From: Eledone cirrhosa
Lineage: Eukaryota
Assembly (NCBI GenBank): GCA_964016885.1
Contig: OZ024744.1
Location: 111,972,001 to 112,036,000, forward strand
Reading direction: 5' to 3'
Length of the DNA stretch: 64,000 bases
Positions 51,536-64,000 of the stretch are shown in pieces. Under the pieces are notes generated by a model. That model had not been told where the DNA came from and did no database searches. It worked only from the letters and a program-made list of their open reading frames with translations. How positions within the stretch are numbered: position 1 is the stretch's first letter; the number at the start of each line of letters is the position of its first letter. A program made the position numbers and the translations under genes.

Positions 51536-52212
51536 ATTAATTACAGGGTATTACTGGTACTTTATTTTATCGACCCCGTAAAGATGAAAGGCAACGCCGA
51601 GGTTAACTTTGCCTTTCAACATTACGGGGGGTCGATAAAATAAAGTACCAGTAATGCACTGGGTAATTGCTGGCCTTGTGCCAAAAGTAGAAACAATTAA
51701 TTACAGGGTATTAATACGAGTCTTTAACTCTGCTTTTTATTTGCATTTCATTTGCCAACACAAGAGCAAGAATGAGGAGCTCATACTACTGACATGGCTT
51801 AAAAGAGACTGTTTGCATCGGATTGGCAGTATCGGTAGAGGGTCGGATACCATGCTTTGACGCATAGAGTTATGGCCCTTGCCATTCTGAGCTCAAATCC
51901 CACCGAGGTTAACTTTGCCTTTCATCCTTATGGGGTTGATAAAATAAAGTACAAGTAATGCACTGGGTAATTGCCAAAAGTAGAAACAATTATTAATATT
52001 CGAAAAACTTAGATTACATTTATATATATATAAAATAATTGTTTCTACTTTAGGCACAAGGCCAGTGCATTACTGGTACTTTATTTTATCGACCCCGTAA
52101 GGATGAAAGGCAAAGTCAACCTCGGCGGGATTTGAACTCAGACTGTAAAGGGACGTAACTATGCTGGAAAGCATGGCGTCGAACCCTCTACCGATACTGC
52201 CAATCCACCGCC
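51536..52212. mobile_element. SINE B copies, including one with an inverted 5' duplication
   Basis: Fold-back copy at 51551-51698, plus copy at 51820-51995 and minus copy at 52036-52212. Confidence 0.85.
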
Positions 52213-52251
52213 CTTTATAAAATAATATGTATATTTATAAAATAATATTAT

Positions 52252-52758
52252 AAAATAATATGTGTAAGTCAAACATGTTAAATTTGGCTTCGTTCATTCT
52301 AATTCTCTGTTATATATATTTCAGTGACAGCCATTATTGGCTGTGACCTCATCAGGCAGTAAGAATTAAGGCAGAAAAAACAGGAAAACATGGTGCTGTA
52401 ATGTGTTCTCAAAGGAACTGGAATGATATGATTCCAGTTCCTTTGAGGACTAACAACACACCCAGGAGCTGGACATATCGATGAATTAACAGGGTAGAAC
52501 AAACACATTACAGCATCAAGTTTTCCTGTTTTTTCTGCCTTAATTCTTACTGTCTGATGAGGTCACAGAGAATAATGGCTGTCACTGAAATATATATAGC
52601 AGCAAATTAGAATGAATGAAGCCAACTTTAATATGTTTGACTTACACATATTATTTTACATTACTCTGGAGTGAACAAACCAACCTGCGCACTTCGTCGA
52701 GTGCTCCAACCTGCATACTGAGGTGTCAGTAAACAACCAACACATACTAAAAAAAAAT

Positions 52759-52760
<2 letters not shown>
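52252..52760. mobile_element. Fold-back double-hammerhead element
   Basis: Arms at 52252-52406 and 52503-52657. Minus HHR at 52307-52359 and plus HHR at 52550-52602 (CTGATGA-ggtcacag...ctgtcact-GAAA-tatata-TA). Inner hairpin at 52408-52447; ~100-nt tail into (TA)n. Confidence 0.85.
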
Positions 52761-52838
<78 letters not shown>

Positions 52839-53150
52839 TTTTTTTTTTTTTCTTTTTTTAAACAGCCAGCAAAGTTTAAAATTCAATAGAAATAGAAGTG
52901 ATGTGTTGGTGAAATGGTAGCACAGTGGTCTGGATAACCAAAGATGTGAGTTTGACTCCCATGTTTATCAAAATTCATCTTTTTTCCATTTTTTAGAGGG
53001 TTTTAAACCCTACTATCAGGCTAAAATTTCTGTAGTCAAAAATACGGTGAAAGCTTCTATTTCTACTAAATAAATAAATATATATATATATAAATAAAAT
53101 CAGAATTTTGTTTCTCGCACTAGCACAGCTGATACATAAATGTAAGTATG

Positions 53151-53186
<36 letters not shown>

Positions 53187-53366
53187 CACATACACATATA
53201 TACATATACATATGTATGTATATGTTATATCGAACATTAATAATAATTTTCAATTCGTATGTAAACAAACAGCCCGATTTGAAGCTGTGCCTTGCCTGTG
53301 ACTGATCACCACCTCTCTGTTCAACACTGGCTTTATTTGATGTAACCCATATGTACACACACACAT

Positions 53367-53419
<53 letters not shown>

Positions 53420-53421
<2 letters not shown>

Positions 53422-54046
53422 AAAATGAAGTTTTTTTAAAGAAGTCCTACACGAATAAAAGTATCAAAAAAAGAAATTGAAAATGCAACTGGAGTCTTTT
53501 AAGAATATTTATTTACTTTACCGGTTTTACAGTTCTTATGATTTTCAAAAGTAAAATTGAGATGGAGGGTTTGTGGTTCTGTTGTGTTTTGTCTTGCATA
53601 TATTTTCCACATGTGCATTTTATTTTCATAATCACGCATGATGGTAAACTAGCCTACTTTTAAATTCCCTTTTTGGCATATTAATCAGTGAGAATCTGGC
53701 TATCGTGTTGAGCTCTGCTGAGGATCGTATTCCAACCGTGACCATCTCCACTGAAAGTTTACGTGAAATAGTCTTTTTCAAGACTATACAGAGCATTTGT
53801 AGTTGTCCCAAATTGAAGGATGAGTATTTTAAACTTTATTTTATCATGAGTTAAGGCTCTATTGATTTTTCCCTGGATTTCACTAAATTCTGTTGGATAA
53901 GTCTATGTCCTGATTCTTTTTGAATTGAGTTTGAATTATTTTTCCCACATCTTACGTTAACTATTTCCCATTTTGACGCTATAGTCACTTATATATTATG
54001 GAATACTGTTGGCTTCTTGCTACAATAATTTCTATACCTTTCATTT
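53420..54046 (-). mobile_element. Highly decayed PLE 3' end (GIY-YIG remnant plus decayed hammerhead)
   Basis: Remnants IIYK, PTEFSE and LYSLEK; tttactt-TTGAAAA...AAAA-ccgg-TA-aagtaaa at 53512-53555. A related copy lies on plus at 37211-37430. Confidence 0.45.
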
Positions 54047-54573
54047 ATATATATATATATAGTGAAATTCTGTTATAACGAAATTCACGAGGCATAGAAG
54101 AAAATTGTTGTAATGAAAAATTCTTTAAAACGAGATCGACCTAACACATCGATAATAATGATAATAATAATAACATAAGCTTGATGCACTTTACCGTCCT
54201 CAGTCCTTCTTGAATAAAAACAGGATGATTAAGATATCTTGTTATTAAGGCAGATTTGTAAGAATGCCAGGGATCAGAAATTATTATTTATTCAAACATT
54301 TCATGAATAAATAATAATTTCTCATCCTTGGCTTTGTTACAATTTTGAATATATATATATATAGACACGTAAACAAGACCATTATTGCTACAACCAGCTT
54401 ATTCACCTCCAATAATTATCCTGAATATATACTACATATATATACTACATATATATATATATACTACATATATATATATATACACAATATACATGTATAG
54501 AACAAACTTAAGCAGTCATCAAATGCCCTATTTGTAAACAATGTACTCGAAAAACAAAGCAACCTGTGGACAA

Positions 54574-55020
54574 ATCATCATCATCATCATCATCACTGTT
54601 TTACGTCCGTTCTTCCACGCTAGCATGGGTTAGACGGGTTGTCCTGTTGTGGGCAGTGTCTGGTCAGCTGACCTTGTCTTGCACATACGGGAACTGAGAT
54701 TCTGGCTTGATTTCTACAGCTGGATGCCCTTTCTAACACCAACCTCATTTACAGTGAGTGCTGGGTGCTTTTTGTTCGTGGAGCCTACACGTCCACTTTA
54801 CAGTGTGGGCTGGGTGCTTTTCTTGCCATAGTACCTCTACGACCACTTTGCAGTGGAATGATAGGGACCCCAGTCCCTATCATCTCATTTCTACAGCTGA
54901 GTAAACTGGAGCAATGTGAAATAAAGTGTCTTGCTCAAGGAAACAACACATCACCCGGTCCGAGAATTGAACTCACAACCTTTCGATTGCAAGCCCAATG
55001 CTCTAACCACTAAACCATGT
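54574..55020 (-). mobile_element. SINE family A (long tail, internal duplication)
   Basis: Reverse complement of 46262-46661, with a duplicated CCAC(A)TTTACAGTG segment. Confidence 0.88.
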
Positions 55021-55939
55021 TGCTGATGATAGAACAGTTGTCATGCAAAGTTTGGTTAATGGAGCTATGTTTTACTATTAAATAATTCTAACACCAAATA
55101 GATGCCTTTATCTTTTTTAAAATATATATTTATAATTATGGAATGGAATAAATAGTTATAAAAAACCCCCCAAAAAACTCTCAGCAAGATTTAACCATTT
55201 TCATACCAACCCAGCCAAAACTGCATTCTAGGTTCTATGAAACAAAACCTCCATTTTACTTATTTCCTCGTAATTTTATATAAGAACCTTTTGATAATAT
55301 ATTTTTGTTATAAATACCATCTTAATAATGAAACAATATTAACAAATCCTTTCAAATTCCCCATTAATTAATTAAAATACACCATATTTATAAAGAAATA
55401 AAATATATTTTAATTAATGAACAAATTTCTCAGGCATTCCTTTCGTTATTAGTATAATCTAAAGTTATTAATTATTTCATTATTAAGATAATAAGTAACT
55501 TAATGTGATATTATAATGGTATTTGTATCATGACTAAACATATTCTTAATTATGTTTGAAGATTTTAATTTAAAACAGAACCCTTTTAAAGATCTGGTTT
55601 TGTTTCATAGGACCTGGGACAGGGTTTTAGCTGGGTGATTCTGAAACTACTATATTTTCTTTGGTTTTACTTACAGGCAGTTTCAAATTATTTTTATTTT
55701 TAGTTTTACTGAAGGCCATGGGAAGAAAAGGAATGGGAAGACAGGTATACAAGAACATAAGTAATGTTGTTAAAGTAACTGAGAGAACTTCAATGACATT
55801 GGAGCATTATGGAATATTTAAATACACAACAGCACTTATAATATGGTTAGCTTTCAATACACTTTAATTCTATAGTGATCAAAATTAAAAATAAAATGTG
55901 TAAAAAAAAAAAGAAGGAAAATAATTTAAATAGCGCAAG

Positions 55940-56284
55940 GGGGCACATGGCTTAGTGGTTAGAGCATTGGCCTTGCAATCGAAAGGTTGTGAGTTCAATT
56001 CTCAGATCGGGTGATGTGTTGTTTCCTTGAGCAAGACACTTTATTTCACATTGCTCCAGTTTACTCAGCTGTAGAAATGAGATGATAGGGACTGGGGTCC
56101 CTATCATTCCACTGCAAAGTGGTCGTGGAGGTGCCACGGCAAAAAAGGACCCAGCCCACACTGTAAATGAGGTTGGTGTTAGGAAGGGCATCCAGCTGTA
56201 GAAATCAAGCCAGAATCAGTTCCCGTCCCACCCTTGCAAGCAGGGAAAAAGCGGACATAAAATGAATGGATGATGATGATGATG
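55940..56284 (+). mobile_element. SINE family A (short tail)
   Basis: As 49005-49344. Confidence 0.88.
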
Positions 56285-56884
56285 AAAGAAAAAGAGAGAG
56301 GGAATGTCAAGCTCTACACTCTAGTCTTGGTAAAGTATGTCAGTTATGTCCTGCGGACAAAAAGAGCGCATTGCCAGCCATGGAAAAGAGCCAGTAACAC
56401 CTGTTGCATCAGCCCCTCTACTTCATGAGGCTTCTTCCTCATCCAGGAAGTACCAGTCATGATTTTGCAGAGGAAAATGGAAATTTGGGGACTGAAGACA
56501 TTCAAAGTCTTGACCGCAATGAGCACAAAAAGGAAGCAGTCAAGTCGTGGTATCTTCCTTTCCCACTAGTTTTGGAGTGGTGTCTGGGTTCGTGGCAAAA
56601 GTGACAACACTGGAAATGGAGAACATGGCACAACATTTATTGCAATAACGACTGATTTATTTATCCCATATTTCCCAGTTTTCAAGACGATGGCATGGGA
56701 TTTCAGCAACATTTGGCTGTAGTTTTTGAATGGAGGTTTCCATATTTGGTAGGGTTTAGTTTCAGGTCACATCTGATCCAGCAAATAAAGACAATCTATC
56801 TCTGACCATCTTATCTTCTTTATATTCATACATAGCTTATCTATATATAAATTTGAGTGATTTTTGTCCATCCGTCTGTCACAG

Positions 56885-57560
56885 AAGGGGTCATGATGTC
56901 ACACACTAGAGATGACTGTGGAAGGAAGGGGTGATGACGTCACACACTAGAGATGACTGAGGAAGGAAGGGGTGATGACGTCACACACTAGAGATGACTG
57001 AGGAAGGAAGGGGTGATGACGTCACACACTAGAGATGACTGAGGAAGGGGTGATGACGTCACACACTAGAGATGACTGAGAAAGGAAGGGGTCATGATGT
57101 CAAACACTAGAGATGACTGAGGAAGGAAGGGGTGATGACGTCACACTAGAGATGACTGAGGAAGGAAGGGGTGATGACGTCACACACTAGAGATGACTGA
57201 GGAAGGTAGGGGTGATGTCAAACACTAGAGATGACTGAGAAAGGAAGGGGTGATGATGTCAAACACTAGAGATGACTGAGGAAGGAAGGGGTGATGACAT
57301 CACACTAGAGATGACTGAGGAAGGAAGGGGTGATGATGTCAAACACTAGAGATGACTGAGGAAGGAAGGGGTGATGACGTCACACTAGAGATGACTGAGG
57401 AAGGAAGGGGTGATGACGTCACACACTAGAGATGACTGAGGAAGGAAGGGGTGATGATGTCACACACTAGAGATGACTGAGGAAGGTAGGGGTGATGTCA
57501 AACACTAGAGATGACTGAGGAAGGAAGGGGTGATGACGTCACACATTAGAGATGACTGAA
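56885..57560. repeat. ~41-bp minisatellite GAGGAAGGAAGGGGTGATGACGTCACACACTAGAGATGACT, about 17 copies
   Basis: Directly visible tandem array. Confidence 0.95.
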
Positions 57561-58607
57561 GAAAGCGTCTAACATTTGCTACACTGTGTGTCTATATGTA
57601 TAGCGAATTGGCTACACACATTGGCTGTTATGATTATGTGAGTGTTTGTGTGTGTGTATATATGTGTTTGTGTAAATTATATTTATATATAATATTTGTG
57701 TGAGTGTATATGTGTTTATTTAGAAAGATATATAGACAATAGAATTACAAACACACATGCATCTACACAAACATATATATATATATAAAGAGACACACTT
57801 AGAAAAAATAATTATAACATACACACACATCTATGTGATGACTGAGGAAGGAGGGGGGTGAGAAACTATAGAAGTCGAGCATTCTAAGATTTGTCACAGC
57901 TGTGTGTTTGTATGTGTAGCATATTGGTTACACTCATTGGCTGTGTGCTTGTATCACTTGTGTGTGTGAGCACGAAGGAACCAACAAACCAACAAACTAA
58001 CATCTCTTTTTTTTATATTATGTATAGATATTACAATTACCTGTCATTTTTTACGATACGGGGGCCCATCTGTCACACAATGTGTGTGAGTGTGTCTGCG
58101 TGAACGTATGTGTGTGTGTAAAAGGAAGGAAGAGGATAGTGAAAAAATTATAGCAAAACTGTGGCTGGCGTTCCATTTGCTACACTGTGTGTATGTGTTT
58201 GTGTGTATTTTTTGTAAATGTGTCTGTGTTTGCGCATTTATATTTATATACTCATACATATAAATGTATGCATATGCACATACACACATATGTGCCAGTG
58301 TGCTGGAAATACTTGTAGTATCTAGAAACTACACCCTCAAATGCGTCCTTCCTTCCTCATATATTTAATTATGTTTTTATTATAAGATAGGTACCATGAT
58401 AAAAAAATTCACCAAGTCCACTAAGTAAGGTGGTTGGTGTTATGAAGAGCAACCAGCCACATTGAAACCAACCCAGAAACACTTCTATTTGAGCAAGGCA
58501 TGGTCACCTGACCTGACTTGTCTCACAACAGGACAACTCATCTAACTCATGGGGTGGGTGGTGGGGGAGGAGCGTGGAAAAACGGATGTAAAATGATGAT
58601 GATCGTA

Positions 58608-58661
<54 letters not shown>

Positions 58662-58914
58662 GTAATGATGATGATGATGATGGTGGTGATGATAAGGTAT
58701 AATTTGAAGGGAGATTTTACACTGCTATTATTTCCAGCAAATCAAATAACGAGATAGAAGCTCACACATTGGCTTAAGAACAGCCATTTAATTAGAGTTC
58801 TTCTTTCTCGGGGGTAACTGTACCTCCCCGCCACCTCTTCTTTATGACAAATGTAAAAAAAAGAGAGAAACAAAACACAGTTTTTCTCCTTCTTTTCATT
58901 ATTATATTAAACAG

Positions 58915-59085
58915 AGGGTCGGGACGCCGTGCTTTGCAAGCAAAGAGTTACGGCCCTTTACGGTCTGAGTTCAAATCCCGCCGAGGTTAACTTTGCCTTT
59001 CATCCTTACGGGGGGTCGATAAAATAAAGTACCAGTAATACACTGGGATAATTTCTGGCCTTGGGCCAAAAGTAGAAACAATTAT
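58915..59085 (+). mobile_element. 5'-truncated SINE B
   Basis: Family core present; TSD ATTATATTAAACAG at 58901-58914 / 59081-59094. Confidence 0.85.
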
Positions 59086-59421
59086 ATTAAACAGCTTTAT
59101 TTTTATCTTATTTTATTGTTATACTTTATATTTCATGTTTTCACCTGACAGGTTTTTTTTGTTTTTTTTTACGTTGGTTTATATTTGAACCAAACGAAAG
59201 ACTAACAAATGGTTGATGTTGCAACAAGCTGCACAGTTTAGCTGGTGGAATCCTTTGTAGGAAGTTAGAAAAGAAGGTGAACTATCAAATATCAGCTGTC
59301 ATCGGCTGTTTGCTCAGCTGATCACACCTGATATTTGGTGGATTCAACCATCCACTTACAATGTGTGTGTATATATGTATGTGTGTATGTGTGTGTGTAT
59401 ATATGTATGTGTGTATGTGTG

Positions 59422-59468
<47 letters not shown>

Positions 59469-59544
59469 GTGTGTGGATGTGTGAATATATATATATATAT
59501 ACATGTGTGGATGTGTGTGTATATATATATACACATGTGTGGAC

Positions 59545-59610
<66 letters not shown>

Positions 59611-59646
59611 CATGTATATATACATATATATAGATATATATGCATG

Positions 59647-59709
<63 letters not shown>

Positions 59710-59984
59710 CTATCTTTCTACTCTTTCGTTTTCTATCTCTCAATCTATCTTCCAATAAAGGACTAGTAACTGAAAGGTTAAGACACCTCCTTCTATATCA
59801 GCCATTAAACTAATATATATCATCATTGTAATGGATTGTTTACATCATCATCATCATCGTCATCATCATTGCTTAACGTCTATCTTCCAAGCTAGCATGG
59901 GTTTGGACGGGTTTGTCCCACTTGAGGCAAAATTGGTCGGGTGACCGTGTCTCATACGTATAGGACTGTAACAATATCCACAGC

Positions 59985-60009
59985 TACAACAACAACAACT
60001 ACAACACTT

Positions 60010-60081
<72 letters not shown>

Positions 60082-60666
60082 CTTACAACAACATTACAAC
60101 AACTACAACAACCACAACAATAACATTACAGCAACAACAACAACACCATTACAACACTTACAACAACCACAACCACAACAACAACATTACAACAACTACA
60201 ACAACCACAACAACAACAACAACATTACAACAACCACAACAACAACATTACAACAACTACAACCACAACAACAACAACATTACAACAACTACAACAACCA
60301 CAACAACAACATTACAACTACAACAACCACAACAACAACAACATTACAACAACTACAACCACAACAACAACAACATTACAACAACTACAACAACCACAAC
60401 AACAACATTACAACAACCACAACAACAACATTACAACAACTACAACCACAACAACAACAACAACATTACAACAACTACAACGACCACAACAACAACATCA
60501 ACATTACAACGACTACAACAACAACAACATTACAACAACATTACAACGACTACAACAACCACAACATCAACATTACAACAACTACAACAACTACAACAAC
60601 AACATTGGAACAACTACAACAACTACAACAACCACACCAATTACAACAACAACCACAACAACCACA
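59985..60666. repeat. Degenerate (ACA)n repeat
   Basis: Direct inspection. Confidence 0.95.
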
Positions 60667-60856
60667 TAAGTCTATTTAGTTGGAGTGGACTTAAGGGTTA
60701 TATAACAAGTGAATAGACACCATCATCATCATCATCATCATCATTTCCCATGCTAGCAAGTTGTCCCACTGTGAGACAAGTCAGGTGTCTGAGTCTCGCT
60801 CATACAGAACCATTTCTGCCTTGGTTTCTTCAGCTGGATGCCCTTCCTAACACCAA

Positions 60857-63772
60857 CCACATTTACAGAGTGGACTGGGTGCTTCTTGTTGTATGACTCC
60901 TACATGTCCACATTTACAGTGTGGACTGGGTGCTTTTTGTTACGACTCCTACATGTCCACATTTACAGTGTGGACTGCGTGCTTTTTGTTATGACTCCTA
61001 CATGTCCACATTTACAGTGTGGACTGGATGCTTTTTGTTATGACTCCTACATGTCCACATTTACAGTGTGGACTGGATGCTTTTTGTTATGACTCCTACA
61101 TGTCCACATTTACAGTGTGGACTGGGTGCTTTTTGTTATGACTCTTACATGTCCACATTTACAGTGTGGACTGGATGCTTTTTGTTATGACTCCTACATG
61201 TCCACATTTACAGTGTGGACTGGATGCTTTTTGTTATGACTCCTACATGTCCACATTTACAGTGTGGACTGGATGCTTTTTGTTATGACTCCTACATGTC
61301 CACATTTACAGTGTGGACTGGGTGCTTTTTGTTATGACTCTTACATGTCCACATTTACAGTGTGGACTGGATGCTTTTTGTTATGACTCCTACATGTCCA
61401 CATTTACAGTGTGGACTGGATGCTTTTTGTTATGACTCCTACATGTCCACATTTACAGTGTGGACTGGGTGCTTTTTGTTATGACTCTTACATGTCCACA
61501 TTTACAGTGTGGACTGGATGCTTTTTGTTATGACTCCTACATGTCCACATTTACAGTGTGGACTGGATGCTTTTTGTTATGACTCCTACATGTCCACATT
61601 TACAGTGTGGACTGGATGCTTTTTGTTATGACTCCTACATGTCCACATTTACAGTGTGGACTGGGTGCTTTTTGTTATGACTCTTACATGTCCACATTTA
61701 CAGTGTGGACTGGATGCTTTTTGTTATGACTCCTACATGTCCACATTTACAGTGTGGACTGGGTGCTTTTTGTTATGACTCCTACATGTCCACATTTACA
61801 GTGTGGACTGGATGCTTTTTGTTATGACCCCTACATGTCCACATTTACAGTGTGGACTGGGTGTTTTTTGTTATGACTCCTACATGTCCACATTTACAGT
61901 GTGGACTGGGTGTTTTTTGTTATGACTCCTACATGTCCACATTTACAGTGTGGACTGGGTGCTTTTTGTTATGACTCCTACATGTCCACATTTACAGTGT
62001 GGACTGGGTGCTTCTTGTTGTATGACTCCTACATGTCCACATTTACAGTGTGGACTGGATACTTTTTGTTATGACTCCTACATGTCCACATTTACAGAGT
62101 GGACTGGGTGCTTTTTGTTATGACTCCTACATGTCCACATTTACAGTGTGGACTGGATGCTTTTTGTTATGACTCCTACATGTCCACATTTACAGTGTGG
62201 ACTGGATGCTTTTTGTTATGACTCCTACATGTCCACATTTACAGTGTGGACTGGATGCTTTTTGTTATGACTCCTACATGTCCACATTTACAGTGTGGAC
62301 TGGGTGCTTTTTGTTATGACTCTTACATGTCCACATTTACAGTGTGGACTGGATGCTTTTTGTTATGACTCCTACATGTCCACATTTACAGTGTGGACTG
62401 GGTGCTTTTTGTTATGACTCCTACATGTCCACATTTACAGTGTGGACTGGATGCTTTTTGTTATGACCCCTACATGTCCACATTTACAGTGTGGACTGGG
62501 TGTTTTTTGTTATGACTCCTACATGTCCACATTTACAGTGTGGACTGGGTGTTTTTTGTTATGACTCCTACATGTCCACATTTACAGTGTGGACTGGGTG
62601 CTTTTTGTTATGACTCCTACATGTCCACATTTACAGTGTGGACTGGGTGCTTCTTGTTGTATGACTCCTACATGTCCACATTTACAGTGTGGACTGGATA
62701 CTTTTTGTTATGACTCCTACATGTCCACATTTACAGAGTGGACTGGGTGCTTTTTGTTATGACTCCTACATGTCCACATTTACAGTGTGGACTGGATGCT
62801 TTTTGTTATGACTCCTACATGTCCACATTTACAGTGTGGACTGGGTGCTTTTTGTTATGACTCTTACATGTCCACTTTACTGTGTGGACTGGATGCTTTT
62901 TGTTATGACTCCTACATGTCCACATTTACAGAGTGGACTGGGTGCTTCTTGTTGTATGACTCCTACATGTCCACATTTACAGTGTGGACTGGGTGCTTTT
63001 TGTTATGACTCCTACATGTCCACATTTACAGTGTGGACTGGATGCTTTTTGTTATGACTCCTACATGTCCACATTTACAGTGTGGACTGGGTGCTTTTTG
63101 TTATGACTCCTACATGTCCACATTTACAGTGTGGACTGGATGCTTTTTGTTATGACTCTTACATGTCCACTTTACTGTGTGGACTGGATGCTTTTTGTTA
63201 TGACTCCTACATGTCCACATTTACAGTGTGAACTGGGTGCTTTTTGTTATGACTCCTACATGTCCACATTTACAGTGTGGACTGGGTGCTTTTTGTTATG
63301 ACTCCTACATGTCCACATTTACAGTGTGGACTGGATGCTTTTTTGTTATGACTCCTACATGTCCACATTTACAGTGTGGACTGGGTGCTTTTTGTTATGA
63401 CTCCTACATGTCCACATTTACAGTGTGGACTGGATGCTTTTTGTTATGACTCCTACATGTCCACATTTACAGTGTGGACTGGGTGCTTTTTGTTATGACT
63501 CCTACATGTCCACATTTACAGTGTGGACTGGGTGCTTTTTGTTATGACTCCTACATGTCCACATTTACATTGTGGACTGGATGCTTTTTGTTATGACTCC
63601 TACATGTCCACATTTACAGTGTGGACTGGGTGCTTTTTGTTATGACTCCTACATGTCCACATTTACAGTGTGGACTGGGTGCTTTTTGTTATGACTCCTA
63701 CATGTCCACATTTACAGTGTGGACTGGATGCTTCTTGTTATGACTCCTACATGTCCACTTTACTGTGTGGAC
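60857..63772. repeat. 49-bp satellite CCACATTTACAGTGTGGACTGG(G/A)TGCTTTTTGTTATGACTCCTACATGT, about 59 copies
   Basis: Period 49; contiguous with a minus-strand RTE/SINE tail at 60721-60860. Confidence 0.97.
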
Positions 63773-64000
63773 TGAATGTTTTGGTACCAAAACGACCACT
63801 TTAAGGTGTGGACTGAATGTTTTGGTACCAAAACAACCACTTTAAGGTGTGGACTGAATGTTTTGGTACCAAAACAACCACTTTAAGGTGTGGACTGAAT
63901 GTTTTGGTACCAAAACGACCACTTTAAGGTGTGGACTGAATGTTTTGGTACCAAAACAACCACTTTAAGGTGTGGACTGAATGTTTTGGTACCAAAACGA
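63766..64000. repeat. 41-bp tandem repeat with internal palindrome GTTTTGGTACCAAAAC, runs off window
   Basis: Period 41 (GGTACC at 63783, 63824...). Confidence 0.95.

Noticed and set aside
55704-55744. Possible micro-exon between TTTTAG and GTATAC
   Set aside because: Splice-like motifs are common in AT-rich DNA and there is no supporting homology.

Overview
This is eukaryotic, AT-rich, repeat-dominated DNA. I infer a cephalopod (octopus-like) genome from the SINE/RTE families and the microsatellite load; this is not verified. No host protein-coding gene could be recognised. The window holds five long degenerate RTE-clade LINE copies whose reverse transcriptase (RT) carries an inserted PHD-like zinc finger, and three pieces of a second RTE-like family. 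It also holds two Penelope-like elements (PLEs; RT + GIY-YIG), a decayed mariner, nested MITEs, two tRNA-derived SINE families, an 8.4-kb 21-bp satellite, several minisatellites and a 1375-bp SINE-mediated tandem duplication. The most notable signal is about 20 type I hammerhead-ribozyme (HHR) motifs, intact or decayed, from several unrelated sequence families. Two sit at the 3' ends of the PLEs. Many others lie in short ORF-less fold-back elements (250-650 bp) beside (TA)n tracts that carry a hammerhead on each strand. All structures were read by eye; nothing was computed or searched.
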